The translations under genes were made by a program, and so were the position numbers. DNA of 64,000 nt, from positions 33,578-97,577 of the forward strand of contig CAVVUS010000033.1 in NCBI GenBank assembly GCA_963751345.1, in the 5' to 3' direction. Below the pieces are notes generated by a model, which saw nothing but the letters and a program-made list of their open reading frames with translations, did no database searches and was not told the DNA's origin. The stretch comes from an uncultured Chloroflexia bacterium (GTDB lineage Bacteria; Chloroflexota; Anaerolineae; B4-G1; SLSP01). Positions 53,182 to 63,600 of the stretch are shown here, one piece after another; within the stretch, counting starts at the first letter, position 1, and each line of letters starts with the position of its first letter.

Positions 53182-53427
53182 CTACCAGCGTGATGTCGGC
53201 GCCGGCGAGAAGTCAGTTCCTGCCGGGTCGAGAGACCTCACATTGGCGGCTTTCGGACCTTTATCCCCTTGCTCCACGGAAAACTCCACGCGCTGGCCTT
53301 CGCGCAGCGAGCGGAAGCCGGAGCCCTGGATGTCCGAATAGTGGACGAATACGTCACCCCCGCTCTCGCGTGAGATGAAGCCGTATCCCTTCGCGTCATT
53401 GAACCATTTGACTGTGCCGGATTCCAT
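53182..53427 (-). CDS. cspA: Cold-shock domain protein
   Basis: [18 protein letters not shown]...DVFVHYSDI...L.EGQRVEF...KGPKAANV. Confidence 0.95.
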   Translation of the reverse strand: MESGTVKWFNDAKGYGFISRESGGDVFVHYSDIQGSGFRSLREGQRVEFSVEQGDKGPKAANVRSLDPAGTDFSPAPTSRW

Positions 53428-53567
53428 ATCTGCCACTTCTATACTCCCTTGAGCTAGCTGAACAAACATACGGAGAGATGGAGAGGGTGCTTACACCGAG
53501 GGCCTTGCAGCTTCCGCAGGACTGTCCGACCAGCGGCCTGCCTCCTAACCATGCTTCATCCGCTCAC

Positions 53568-53596
53568 ATATTATCATAAAATGCGGCCGGTGCCAA
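53568..53596 (-). promoter_or_regulatory. Probable csp promoter giving a ~130-nt 5' UTR
   Basis: Minus strand TTGGCA-N17-TAATAT with TG extension. Confidence 0.5.
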
Positions 53597-53667
53597 GTCC
53601 CGGACTGGACAAAGACACAATAACCGTACAAATGGATTGGTGGGTGCCGGTGCGGTGTCTGACTCAG

Positions 53668-53702
53668 AACCTTCGCAAGGTTTCCGAAACCTTGCGAAGG
53701 TT
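53668..53702. repeat. REP-like palindrome family C
   Basis: AACCTTCGCAAGGTTTCCGAAACCTTGCGAAGGTT; a half copy lies at 38608. Confidence 0.8.
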
Positions 53703-53786
53703 GGCTTCGAGGGAGTCGACATGTTGCCGGGCCCGCAATCTCGCGTAGAATACGCGCCAGATCTGCAGACCCTGGAGCCAAACCAC

Positions 53787-55747
53787 ATGGAAGCGTTCTA
53801 CGAGACCACGCCGCCCGCCTGGCGTAACCGCGCGCTGGTGCTGGCGATGTTGCTCGGCGGCGTGCTCTTGCGCACGGCAGCCCTCCAGCCGATGAGTACC
53901 ACGATGGTTCACTATGACGAGGCCTACAACGCAGTGGATGCGCTCGGCCTGCTGCGCCACTTCCGTCTGACGCCCTTCCTTCCGGGCAACTTCGGCCGCG
54001 AAAGCGGCTGGGTCTACTGGCTGATGCCCTTTCTCGCTCTCCTCGGACGGGGTCTCTTTGCTGTGCGCTTCGCGGCCATCACCGCGGGCGTGCTCACCCT
54101 CGCCGGAACCTACCGGCTCGGGACGGAGCTGCTTGGCCGTCACGTTGGGGCCTGGACGATGGGCGCGTTGGCCGTTCTCTATTGGCACGTGCACCTCTCG
54201 CACCTGGCGCTGCGGGCGAACCTCTATCTGCTGGTCGGCGCCCTCGCCGTCGCGGCGCTGCTCCGGGCGCACCGGCGGAACCGGCTCCCGGCGTGGGCGC
54301 TGGGGGGCGCGCTGCTGGGCGCCATGGCCTACACCTACTTCGCCTCGCTGGCCTGGGCCGGCTACGCCGGCGTGCTGATCCTCGGTGTGCTGGTGGTTGA
54401 CGGGCGCCGGCGGACAGGCGCCGCCCTGGCCCTGGCCTGTGCGGCGGTCGCGGCACTGCCGATGGGCCTGTACGCGCTGCAGCACCCCGATCAGGTGCTG
54501 TCCCGGTCGACCACGGTGTCGTCGGGAGGGCCGGCCGCGGCAGTGCAGAACGGGCGCGCCTGGGCCGCGGCGCTCTTTGCCCACGGTGACCCGAACGTCC
54601 TCTTCAACCTTCCCGGGCGCCCGATTCTCGGGCCGCTGCTCGGGCTGCTGGCCTTGCTGGGACTCCTCGGTCTCGTGTTCGAGTCGCGCCGGCGCACGCG
54701 CGGGCTGCTCGTGCTGGGTCTCGGGGTCGCTACGCTGGTGCCCTCGCTCTTCAGCAACTTCGCGCCGCACTTCCTGCGCGGGGCGGGGTTCACCGTACCG
54801 CTGGCGGTGGTCCTGGGCATCGGGGCAGCCGTGCTCTCGGGGCTGCTGGCCAGGCTCGGTGACCGTGTCGCGGCACGCTTGCTCCCGCTGGTGCTGTTGC
54901 TGGCCGTGGGCATCGTGACCTACCGGGATTTTGCCGTCAAGTGGCTGCACGACCCGCAGACCTTCGTGGCGATGGAGATGCACGTGAACCAGGCCGTCTC
55001 GTTGATCGCGGCGACGACGCCGGAGGACAGCCACGTCTATTTCACGCCCTTCACGCTGGCGCACCCCGTGATCATCCTGCGGGCGCAGGATCTTGCCCCC
55101 AGGCCCGTGGGGGCATTCAACAGCCACGAGTGCCTGGTGCTGCCGGACCCGACGCCCTCCGAAAGCCCGGCGGTCTACACCTCGCTGACGGTCTACGAGC
55201 CCAGCTTCGCCTCAAGCCTCGGCGCGTGGGCCCAGGTGTCAACGTTGTACGAGGACCCAACCGGCGGGGCGGAGCCTCCTCGCTACAGCGTCTTTGCTGC
55301 GGCGCCCTACCCGGCGCTGGGGACGGAGGTGGGCGGATTCGGCGACCAGTTCGAGGTGCGGCTGCTGTCCCCGATCCCTGCAGACGGTCGCTGCCCGGCT
55401 CGACGCTCACGATCACGTTGGGCGTGCGGGCGCTGCGAACCCCGGAGATCGCGCCCAGCCTCTTCATCCACCTCTACGGCATCCCTACGCCCTATGAGGG
55501 CGGTGCCATGTGGTCGCAGGCCGACAGCCAGCTCTGCACGAGCTATCCGGCGCATCTGTGGCGCACCGACGAGACGATCATCCAGAGCTTCGCGCTGCCC
55601 GTGCCCGGCGACCTGCCCTCCGGCGACTACATCATCGGGACGGGGCTCTATCCCTTCCCCGACGGGCCGCGGCTGCCGGTGACCGCGATGGCCGACAACG
55701 ACGACGGCTACGTGACGCTCCGGCAAGTGAGCGTTGAGGGGCCGTAG
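53787..55747 (+). CDS. ArnT/PMT-type (GT-C) membrane glycosyltransferase (frameshift near 55390)
   Basis: HYDEAYNAVDAL, NFGRE, many TM helices; C-terminal soluble domain SLFIHL...WSQADS...YPAHLWR..E.I...GDYIIGTGLY. Confidence 0.82.
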
Positions 55748-55869
55748 GGCAAGGCCCAGAGAGCCGGTACGCTCTGGGCAGAGCGTCCGGAGCCGTGGGT
55801 TACGCGCGGTAGCGCGCGGATCCCGGATCCGCGGGGAACCTGTGCTGTGGGCATTAGGGAGGTGAGGAC

Positions 55870-56928
55870 ATGATTCCGAACCAATGGTATGTGGTGCTCA
55901 GCTCAAAGCAGGTCGGGCGCCGGCCCGTGGGCGTGACGCGGATGGGCGAGAAGCTCGTCTTCTGGCGTGACGCTCAGGGCCGCGTGGCGTGTGTTCGGGA
56001 TCTGTGCATCCATCGGGGGGCGCAGCTCAGCAAGGGCAAGGTAGCCGAGAGCGGGCACCTCGAATGTCCCTTCCACGGCTTCCGGTACGATGCCTCCGGG
56101 CGCGTGGTGAGGATTCCGGCCAACGGTCGTACGGCGCCGGTGCCCGACCGGTTCCGGGGGCAGGCGTACCCGGCCCACGAGGCTCACGGCTTCATCTGGA
56201 TCTGGTGGGGGACATCGCCGCCCGTGCCGCTCGCGCCGCCGCTCTTCTTTGAGGATCTGGACGAGAGCTGGAGCTACGGGGAAGCGATCGATCCGTGGGC
56301 CACCCACTACACGCGCGGTATCGAGAACCAGCTCGATGTGGTGCATTTGCCCTTCGTCCACTATAACACGATAGGGCGCGGCGGGCGCACGTTGGTGGAC
56401 GGGCCGGTGGTCGAGTGGCAGGACGAGGACCGGTTCGTCTTCTACGTCTACAACCGGATCGACGACGGGACTCGGCCCCGGCGCCCCGAGGAGATCACGC
56501 CCAACCCGGAGCGGGATTTCCACCTCGGTTTCATCTTCCCCAACCTGTGGCAGAACTACATCTCGGACGACGTGCGGGTTGCGGCCGCCTTCGTGCCGGT
56601 GGACGACGGGCACATGCTGCTCTACCTGCGGTTCTATCAGCGGTTCGTGCGGATGCCGCTGGTGCGCGAGGTAGTCAACCGGCTGGCGATGCCGTTCAAC
56701 CTGTACATCGCGCACCAGGACCGGCGGGTCGTGGAGACGCAACTGCCGCAGCGCGTCGAGCTGCAGATGGGGGAGAATCTGATTCAGGGGGATCGCCCGA
56801 TCGTGGCGTATCGCAAGCGGCGGGCGGAACTGCTGGAGGAGGCGCTGCCCGGAGGGCATCCGCAGGGGACGCCCCTACGGAAGGCACCTGAAGCAGGGGC
56901 GCGCGGGTGGGTCTGTCCCTGCCCGTAA
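55870..56928 (+). CDS. Rieske non-heme iron oxygenase alpha subunit (VanA/CAO/PAO-like)
   Basis: NQWY, CIHRGA...CPFHG Rieske motif; ENQLDVVHLPFVH iron motif; QDRRVVE. Confidence 0.9.
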   Translation: MIPNQWYVVLSSKQVGRRPVGVTRMGEKLVFWRDAQGRVACVRDLCIHRGAQLSKGKVAESGHLECPFHGFRYDASGRVVRIPANGRTAPVPDRFRGQAYPAHEAHGFIWIWWGTSPPVPLAPPLFFEDLDESWSYGEAIDPWATHYTRGIENQLDVVHLPFVHYNTIGRGGRTLVDGPVVEWQDEDRFVFYVYNRIDDGTRPRRPEEITPNPERDFHLGFIFPNLWQNYISDDVRVAAAFVPVDDGHMLLYLRFYQRFVRMPLVREVVNRLAMPFNLYIAHQDRRVVETQLPQRVELQMGENLIQGDRPIVAYRKRRAELLEEALPGGHPQGTPLRKAPEAGARGWVCPCP

Positions 56929-57010
56929 GGATGGCGTTTGACGTCGACGCGCGGTCAGCGTACACTCTGCGGTGGCGGTGAGGCTGGGGAGATGCAGCGA
57001 TGGAGAGGGG

Positions 57011-57193
57011 ATGGCGGGTGAGGTGATGTCCGAACTGGAGACGATCTTGGTCGTAGTGGGCGTGGCGGTGGTCATCTTGGCCGCTGCCGCGGCGTGGGCT
57101 GAGTCACGGTCCGAGCCACGCGACGAGCCGGCGCATCGCAAGGTGCTGAAGCGGAACCCGCGTTACCGCGAGCACATTTCCCGGCGTCACTAG
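57011..57193 (+). CDS. Small single-TM hypothetical protein
   Basis: GGAG RBS; TILVVVGVAVVILAAAAAW then a basic tail; stop 10 nt before the NUDIX start. Confidence 0.5.
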   Translation: MAGEVMSELETILVVVGVAVVILAAAAAWAESRSEPRDEPAHRKVLKRNPRYREHISRRH

Positions 57194-57202
57194 GGGCGGC
57201 AG

Positions 57203-57700
57203 ATGACCATAGGTCGGTTTCTGGGTGGCATTGCAGGCCTGGTCTGGTCGCCGGAGCAGGCGCGGTATCTGCTGCTTCAGCGTGTCGCGACCAAGGACTT
57301 CGCCGCCGGTGCATGGGAGTGCGTGACGGGGCGCGTGGAGCAGGGCGAAGGGTTCGAGGAAGCCCTGCATCGCGAGGTCCGTGAGGAACTGGGGGTCGAC
57401 GTCGCCATTGACTTCATCCTCGGGACGACCCACTTCTACCGCGGCGACCCCGTGCAGGCGAATGAACTGTTGGGTGTCGTCTACCACTGTTCATTATCGG
57501 ACGGCGAGGCCATCACCCTCGATTGGGAGCACGAGGCTTCGCGGTGGGTCACTCTTGCCGAGGCCCGGTCCTTGCTGCGGCCCGAGGATCCGAGCGAGGC
57601 CTGGCTCCTCGGGGTTCTGGCCCGCGCGGAGCAGTTTCGCCCGGTGATGCCCTGCGTGATGATCGATCGTGCCCGTATGGAGGGCCTTGACCTTGGCTGA
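57203..57700 (+). CDS. NUDIX hydrolase
   Basis: GRVEQGEGFEEALHREVREELG Nudix box. Confidence 0.92.
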   Translation: MTIGRFLGGIAGLVWSPEQARYLLLQRVATKDFAAGAWECVTGRVEQGEGFEEALHREVREELGVDVAIDFILGTTHFYRGDPVQANELLGVVYHCSLSDGEAITLDWEHEASRWVTLAEARSLLRPEDPSEAWLLGVLARAEQFRPVMPCVMIDRARMEGLDLG

Positions 57701-57802
57701 GGGCCGGAGCGTGGAACCCGGATTGGCGGCTCGCCGCAGACCTCTGACCGCCGCTCCGACCAACCGCCAATCGTCACTTCATTAGCGTTTCGGAGGTACC
57801 CG

Positions 57803-58609
57803 TTGGCTGAACGTGGACCCGTCGTCGTGATAACCGGTAGCACTCGGGGCATCGGATATGGGCTTGCGCGGGAGTTCCTCGCGCTTGGGTGTCGCGCCGT
57901 GGTCTGCGGCCGGTCGCAGGAGAGTACCGACCAAGCGGTCGTGGCGCTGGCGGAGGCGCACGATCCGGACCGGCTTCTGGGGAAGCCCTGCGACGTGCGG
58001 GACTTCTCGCAGGTGCAGGCGCTCTGGACCGCGGCGCACCATCGCTTCGGCCGGGTCGACATCTGGATCAACAACGCGGGCCTGGGCACGGAGCAGCAGG
58101 ACATCTGGGCGCACACCCCGGAGCAGATGTCAGGGCTGGTCGAGACGAACCTGGTCGGCGTGCTCTACGGCATCAAGGTCGCGATGGAGGGGATGCTCAG
58201 GCAGGGCTACGGCGCGATCTACGTCATGGAAGGCCTGGGCAGCGATGGCCGGCGCGTCCCGGGGCTAACGCTCTATGGCACGACCAAGCGCGCGATCCGC
58301 TATCTGGTCGAGGGTCTCGTCGCGGAGACGAAGGAGACGCGGGTCCTCGTCGGTGCGCTGAGTCCGGGCATGGTGACGACGGACTTCCTGCTCGGGCGAT
58401 ACGATCACGCCTCCTCCGAATGGGAGCGCGCGAAGCGGGTCTTCAACATCCTGGCGGATCGCGAGGAGACCGTGACGCCGTGGCTGGCGCGCAAGGTGCT
58501 CGACAACCAAAAGCATGGCGCGCGGTTTGAGTGGTTGACCCCTCTCAAGGCGGCGTGGCGCTTCCTGACCGCACCGATCGTGCATCGTGACGTCATCGGG
58601 GAGGAGTAG
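57803..58609 (+). CDS. SDR oxidoreductase resembling NOL/NYC1 chlorophyll b reductase homologs
   Basis: VITGSTRGIGYGLAREFL, IWINNAG, GLGSDGR, YGTTKRA, LSPGMVTTD, FNILAD. Confidence 0.85.
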   Translation: MAERGPVVVITGSTRGIGYGLAREFLALGCRAVVCGRSQESTDQAVVALAEAHDPDRLLGKPCDVRDFSQVQALWTAAHHRFGRVDIWINNAGLGTEQQDIWAHTPEQMSGLVETNLVGVLYGIKVAMEGMLRQGYGAIYVMEGLGSDGRRVPGLTLYGTTKRAIRYLVEGLVAETKETRVLVGALSPGMVTTDFLLGRYDHASSEWERAKRVFNILADREETVTPWLARKVLDNQKHGARFEWLTPLKAAWRFLTAPIVHRDVIGEE

Positions 58610-58615
58610 GGGCGC

Positions 58616-59293
58616 CTACGTCTCGAGCGTGGTGGTTCGCGTGTAGGTGAAGGGCGGGCTGTCGGCGTAGACGCCGCGGTAGGCGGGTGGCAGCAGCGCT
58701 GCGATTCGAGCCATAGCCTCGTCGGCCATAGCCTGGCGAACTTCCCGGTCGACGCGCCGGTCGCCGGGCTCCAGGACGAAGGGATCCCCTACGACGACGT
58801 GGAAGTCGGTGCGGCGGAGTCTGCGCAAGTTCCGCTGGTAGTACTCACCCCCGTAGTAGGCCATCGGCATCAACGGGACCCCCGTGCGCAGCGCCAGCAC
58901 GACCATGCCCGGCAAGCCGCGCTGCAGCCGTCCATCGTAGCTTCTCGTGCCCTCGGGTGCCACGCACAGGATCTTGCCCTCGTCCAGCGCCGCCAGTCCG
59001 GCTCGGAATGCCTCGACATCTGCCTCGCCCCTATGGAGCGGGATGGCGCCCCATAGCTTCGCCAGCGGGCCGAGGAAGGGATGCTGCCACACTTCGGCCT
59101 TTGCGAACCCGGTCATCGGACGAGGCCGGAAGTGGGTGTAGACGATCGGCACCTCCAGCGAGTTCACGTGGTTGGCCACGACGATCAGCGGGCCGTGGTC
59201 GGGGATCCGCGCGATCTGGGCGGCGTCGATCCGGAAGATCATATGGAGCGCGACGTCGATGCCGGCTGTGACGATGTCGTGGACTAGGCGCAC
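58616..59293 (-). CDS. Lysophospholipid acyltransferase (PlsC family)
   Basis: ANHVNSLE, FAKAE, GAIPLHRG, APEGTRS. Confidence 0.9.
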   Translation of the reverse strand: MRLVHDIVTAGIDVALHMIFRIDAAQIARIPDHGPLIVVANHVNSLEVPIVYTHFRPRPMTGFAKAEVWQHPFLGPLAKLWGAIPLHRGEADVEAFRAGLAALDEGKILCVAPEGTRSYDGRLQRGLPGMVVLALRTGVPLMPMAYYGGEYYQRNLRRLRRTDFHVVVGDPFVLEPGDRRVDREVRQAMADEAMARIAALLPPAYRGVYADSPPFTYTRTTTLET

Positions 59294-59345
59294 GCTGCCT
59301 TCCCCGTGGCGCGGATGCCAGGGTGTGACCGCCCGCCCGCGGTGC

Positions 59346-60293
59346 TCACACCACGGCCCCGTTGGCGGTGATGACGTCGACCTGCTGCGGGACCATCGTC
59401 ATCTCGAGGCGATGGCCCTCGGTGCAGAGCATCTCACCATCGGCGTGCGCGGGCAGGGTATGGTCGATGGCGGTGACGGTGAGGTGGCTGGTGCGCCCTG
59501 TCGTGATCGGCTCCTGAGTGGCCTGGGTGCCTCGCATGAAGTAGGGCACCAACTGGAAGATGCGCAGGCGGCTCACCTGGCGGGCGATGCAGAGATCGAA
59601 CAGCCCATCCGTCGGGTCGCCATCAGGGGCCATCATAAAGCCGCCGCCCATGCGCCGCCCGTTCATGACGGAGACCATCAGCGCGGGCAGGCGCCGGGCC
59701 TCGTGGGCTCCGGTTGTGGCGTCGTCGTATTCGATGGAGACGAGGGGCGCATTGAAGTAGAGGAAGGCGGTCTTGAGGGTGGCGGCGATGTAACCCACGT
59801 AGCCATCGAGGTGCTCCTGCTTCGCGGCCACCAGGGTGACGACGGCGTCGAAGCCAATGCCGATGCCGTTGCCGAAGTAGCGGCCCTCGGGGTAGTCGCC
59901 ACCGACCACGTGCCCCACGTCGATGGTCTGCCTGTGACCCTCCGCGAGGACGCGGACGCCTTCGGCGAGATCGGCGGGCATGCCGGCGCCGAAGGCAAAG
60001 TCATTGCCTCGACCGGCACAGAGCACGCCCATCGCCGTGGTTCGCTGCGGCTTCGGGACCCGCATCAGACCGTTGAGCACTTCGTTGGCGGTGCCGTCGC
60101 CTCCGGCAGCAACGACAACGTCGGCCCCGGCTTCAGCCGCTGCCTGCGCCAGGTCGGCGGCGTGCCCCGGATGCTCGGTGCGCACGAGTTCGAAGTCGAG
60201 GAGCCGGTCCTGCATCAGGGCCTTTATCTGGGGTATGGCTGCTTCACCCTCGCCCTTGCCGGCGGCGGGGTTTGCGATCACGAGGTAATGCAT
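59346..60293 (-). CDS. Diacylglycerol kinase (YegS/BmrU) family protein
   Basis: NPAAG, AGGDGTANEVLNG, GRGNDFA, GIGFDA, NGRRMGGG, HADGE. Confidence 0.92.
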   Translation of the reverse strand: MHYLVIANPAAGKGEGEAAIPQIKALMQDRLLDFELVRTEHPGHAADLAQAAAEAGADVVVAAGGDGTANEVLNGLMRVPKPQRTTAMGVLCAGRGNDFAFGAGMPADLAEGVRVLAEGHRQTIDVGHVVGGDYPEGRYFGNGIGIGFDAVVTLVAAKQEHLDGYVGYIAATLKTAFLYFNAPLVSIEYDDATTGAHEARRLPALMVSVMNGRRMGGGFMMAPDGDPTDGLFDLCIARQVSRLRIFQLVPYFMRGTQATQEPITTGRTSHLTVTAIDHTLPAHADGEMLCTEGHRLEMTMVPQQVDVITANGAVV

Positions 60294-60450
60294 CCTTCTC
60301 CTTGCCGGAAGCGCCGGTGAGATCGGGGCCCTCGACCCGGTGGTAACGGTGGCTGCGGCGCTTACACTTCGGGGAGTATACATACGTGCGCATAGGTGTC
60401 AACGAGGTTGGGGCGTGCGTTCGTTTTCCTGATCGCTTTTCGCTGCAATG

Positions 60451-60479
60451 GTAGAGACGGGGCGCCGCCCCGTCTCTAC
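60451..60479. repeat. GTAG-type REP hairpin
   Basis: GTAGAGACGGGGCGCCGCCCCGTCTCTAC. Confidence 0.78.
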
Positions 60480-60601
60480 AACAGCAACGCAGGCCGCAGA
60501 AAAGTGAGCGTGCCCGGGACGTGGGGAGATGGCCCACGGATCTCACGGATGGGCACGGATGAGGGAGGTGGGTTGGCCCACCGAAGCGCGGCCTCCGGCA
60601 C

Positions 60602-63600
60602 TCAGTGGGGCGATTGCCGCAGCACCACGGGAAGGCGGTAGTCCGGGATGCCAAGCACGCCGGGGATGGTGATGACGCGCCGGGCGGCCCCGTCGGCCAC
60701 GATGATGTCGCCCGCGGCATCCACTGCGACGCCGGTGGGCCGGCTCAGGAAGCCGCGATAGCCGTCCCTGGGTAGCGAGAAGGCAGCCACGACTCGGCCT
60801 GCTGCGTTGAGGACCTTCACGTTGTGATGCCCGGTATCGGCGACGAGGAAGCGCGTCCGGCTGTAGGCCGCCAGACCGGTCGGTGCGTCAAAGCCGGGGA
60901 TGGTCTGCCGGAAGCTCAGGACGTTTCCATCGAAGCCGAGGATTTGGAGGCGGTCGTTCCCGGTATCGGCGACGATGACGCGCCCGAGACCGTCGAAGAT
61001 GATGTCCTGGGGAGCGTCGAAGCTGCCCGGCGCGTCGCCGGGCCCGCCAAAGGCGCTCACGAAGCGCCCAATGGCGTCGAAGACCTCGACGCGGTCGTTG
61101 CCGCCGTCCACCACGAGGATGCGGTAGGGACAGGTGTCGCTGTTGCCCACGCGCGGGACGTCGCTCACCCGCAGCTCGTCGATCACGGCGTCGGCGGGCT
61201 GCTCCAGCCAGCGGGAGGAACCGACGTACAGGGTGTCCGGCATGATCTCCGGGATGGCAGGAGTATCGCTCCAGTCGCGCTGCCGGCCGTCGACGGTGAG
61301 GATCATCCGGCCCGCCTCCCACGTAGCCGCCACGTGATGCCACTCTCCGGCGCGCCAGTCCGAGACGTCATAGGCCACGAGGCTGCTGCGCCGGCTATCC
61401 CACATCGTGAAGGTGAGGCGGTTGCCGCGGTCCTTGGCGATGCGGATGCGGTTGAACCAGCCGCTCGCGAGCGCCAGGAAGACGTGATCCCGGCCATCGT
61501 CGCCATCCCACTGCGGCATGACCCAGAACTCGATCGAGCCCTGGGGCAGGGCTTCGATGGAGGACATCGCGATCGTGAGGGTTGAGCCCGCGCCGGATGT
61601 CCGCGCCCCGACCATAGCGGCCCGGGAGATACGTGACGGTCGTCCGGCTGACACAGCTCGCACACGGACACGCCATCCGGCTTCCGGATGCCGGGCTGCC
61701 TGCTACCGGTTCACCGGCTCCACACGAGCAGAGGACGATATCACAGAGCCCGCCCGGACCCGGATCCGGCGCGTCGAAGGAGGCCAGCAGGAGGGTATGC
61801 GTGTCGGGCTGCAGCGGCGCCTGTACCTCGCAGGGACGGCCGAACGCGGCGACACCCGCCGGAGCGTCGAGCTGGCCCGGCGCCGTCCCCTGCCGGCCCG
61901 AACTCCAGGATCAGGCTCCCCTCAGGGTCCAGCACCCTGACCGACTGGCGGTCCGAATAGGCATCGCCCGGATGGCTGACCAGCACTCGGCCCGCCGAGG
62001 TCGACGGCCAGGAAGCGCGAATCATCCAGGTGGTCGTGAGGGTTGCCCAGCGGCTGAAGATAGCTGCCGCCTGAGCCCCTGGCGCAGCAGGTCGGTGCCG
62101 TTGCGCCCGTCGAGGACGATCCGATCGCCGCCCGGGAGAATCGCCACGGCATCGGGGCTGACCAGCTGCGGCACCCAGGCCGGGCGGCTGAAGGCGCTCT
62201 CGCGCCCGAGACCGTCGACCGCGGTGACCACGTAGGTGCGGTCGCCCACGGCGTCGAGGTCGCCGGCACACGAGCCATCGACCTCGCCGCCGACCGGCTC
62301 ATAGACCTGATCCTGGCCGACGAGATGCGGTAGACCCGGTGGCTTGTGGCGACAGCGCCGGGGAAGGCGGGCCGGGTTGCCAGCAGAGCGTAGCCTCATC
62401 GCCTTGCACGCGCACCGAGGTGAGGACGGGCGCAGGCGGCGCATCTGCGGGCGGGACGTGCGAGCGGAGGGTGAAGGTGTGGGATGCTACGTCGCCGGCC
62501 CAGTAGGCCAGGTTGAAGGCCGTGACGTCCAGCCAGTGGAACTCCTCGTGGGCACCGCGGCTGAGCCGGACCAGGAAGCCGTTGGCCCGGCCCAGGATGT
62601 CGATGGGGCCGAACGGGTTGTCGTGCAGGGTGTGGCCCGTGGCCGTGGTGACGCCCACGCCCATGCGGGCCGATTCGGCAACGCCAGGCGGCCATCGGCA
62701 CCGGTGGTGCCGGTGATCTCGGGGACGTCATCGATCGACGGGACGTCGCCGCGGGCACGTTGGAAGAGCGCCACGTCCACGCCCTGCGCGGGAAGGCCGG
62801 TATTGTCCAGCACCCTCAGCGCGGTCTCGCGGGGGATATCGTATTGGTATTCGCCGAAGTAGCCCCGCCGGTATCCCTTGTTGGAGAGCGCGCCGAGCAC
62901 GTCGTGGGTCGAGAAGAGCGGCCCTGCGGCGGCCCGCCCCGCGTCGCCGCCGCCCATCACGCCGGGCCGGGGCCACTGGAAGCCGAGGTTGACCGGCTCG
63001 CCTGTCGCGTCCGTGACCTGCACCGCGGTCGCGGGGACGTCGAGGTTGTAGAGGTCGATCAGGCCGATCTGGTGGCCGAGTTCGTGAATGAAGCTCCAGC
63101 TCACGTCGGTTTCGGGATCGTAAGCGCTGGTGTGCAGGCGGTAATCGGTGGTGAGGAACCACGCGCCGTCGTCGCCCGGATCGCGCACCGGCGTCTCGGG
63201 CACGACGTCGATGCGGTCGATGCGCACGCCGCTCGGAGGGCACGTCCTCCGGCCCCTCAAGCGCTGCATTCATTGCCGCAACCTGGCGCTGGAGCCAGTC
63301 CTCCGCGGAGTAGGGGAAGCGGGGGTCCCACGGCGTGTCGTAGGCGCGGTAGGCCCCCGGCGTCATCGAGAGGTGCAGGGAGAGCGCGTCGGTGCGGTCC
63401 TCCAGCGCGTTGTTGGTCTCGTAGGTCTCGCGGACGAGGTCGTCGGGGTCGACCGCAAAGCGGAGCGTGTGGGTGCCCAACAGGCGTTCGCCGTCGACTT
63501 CGTGGTCCCACGCCCAGCGGAGGGTCGCCGTGACCTCGGCCTGCGGCGCGAGGCCGGGCAGGCTGCCCGTAAGGACTTCGGTCCCGTCGATGGCCCAGCT

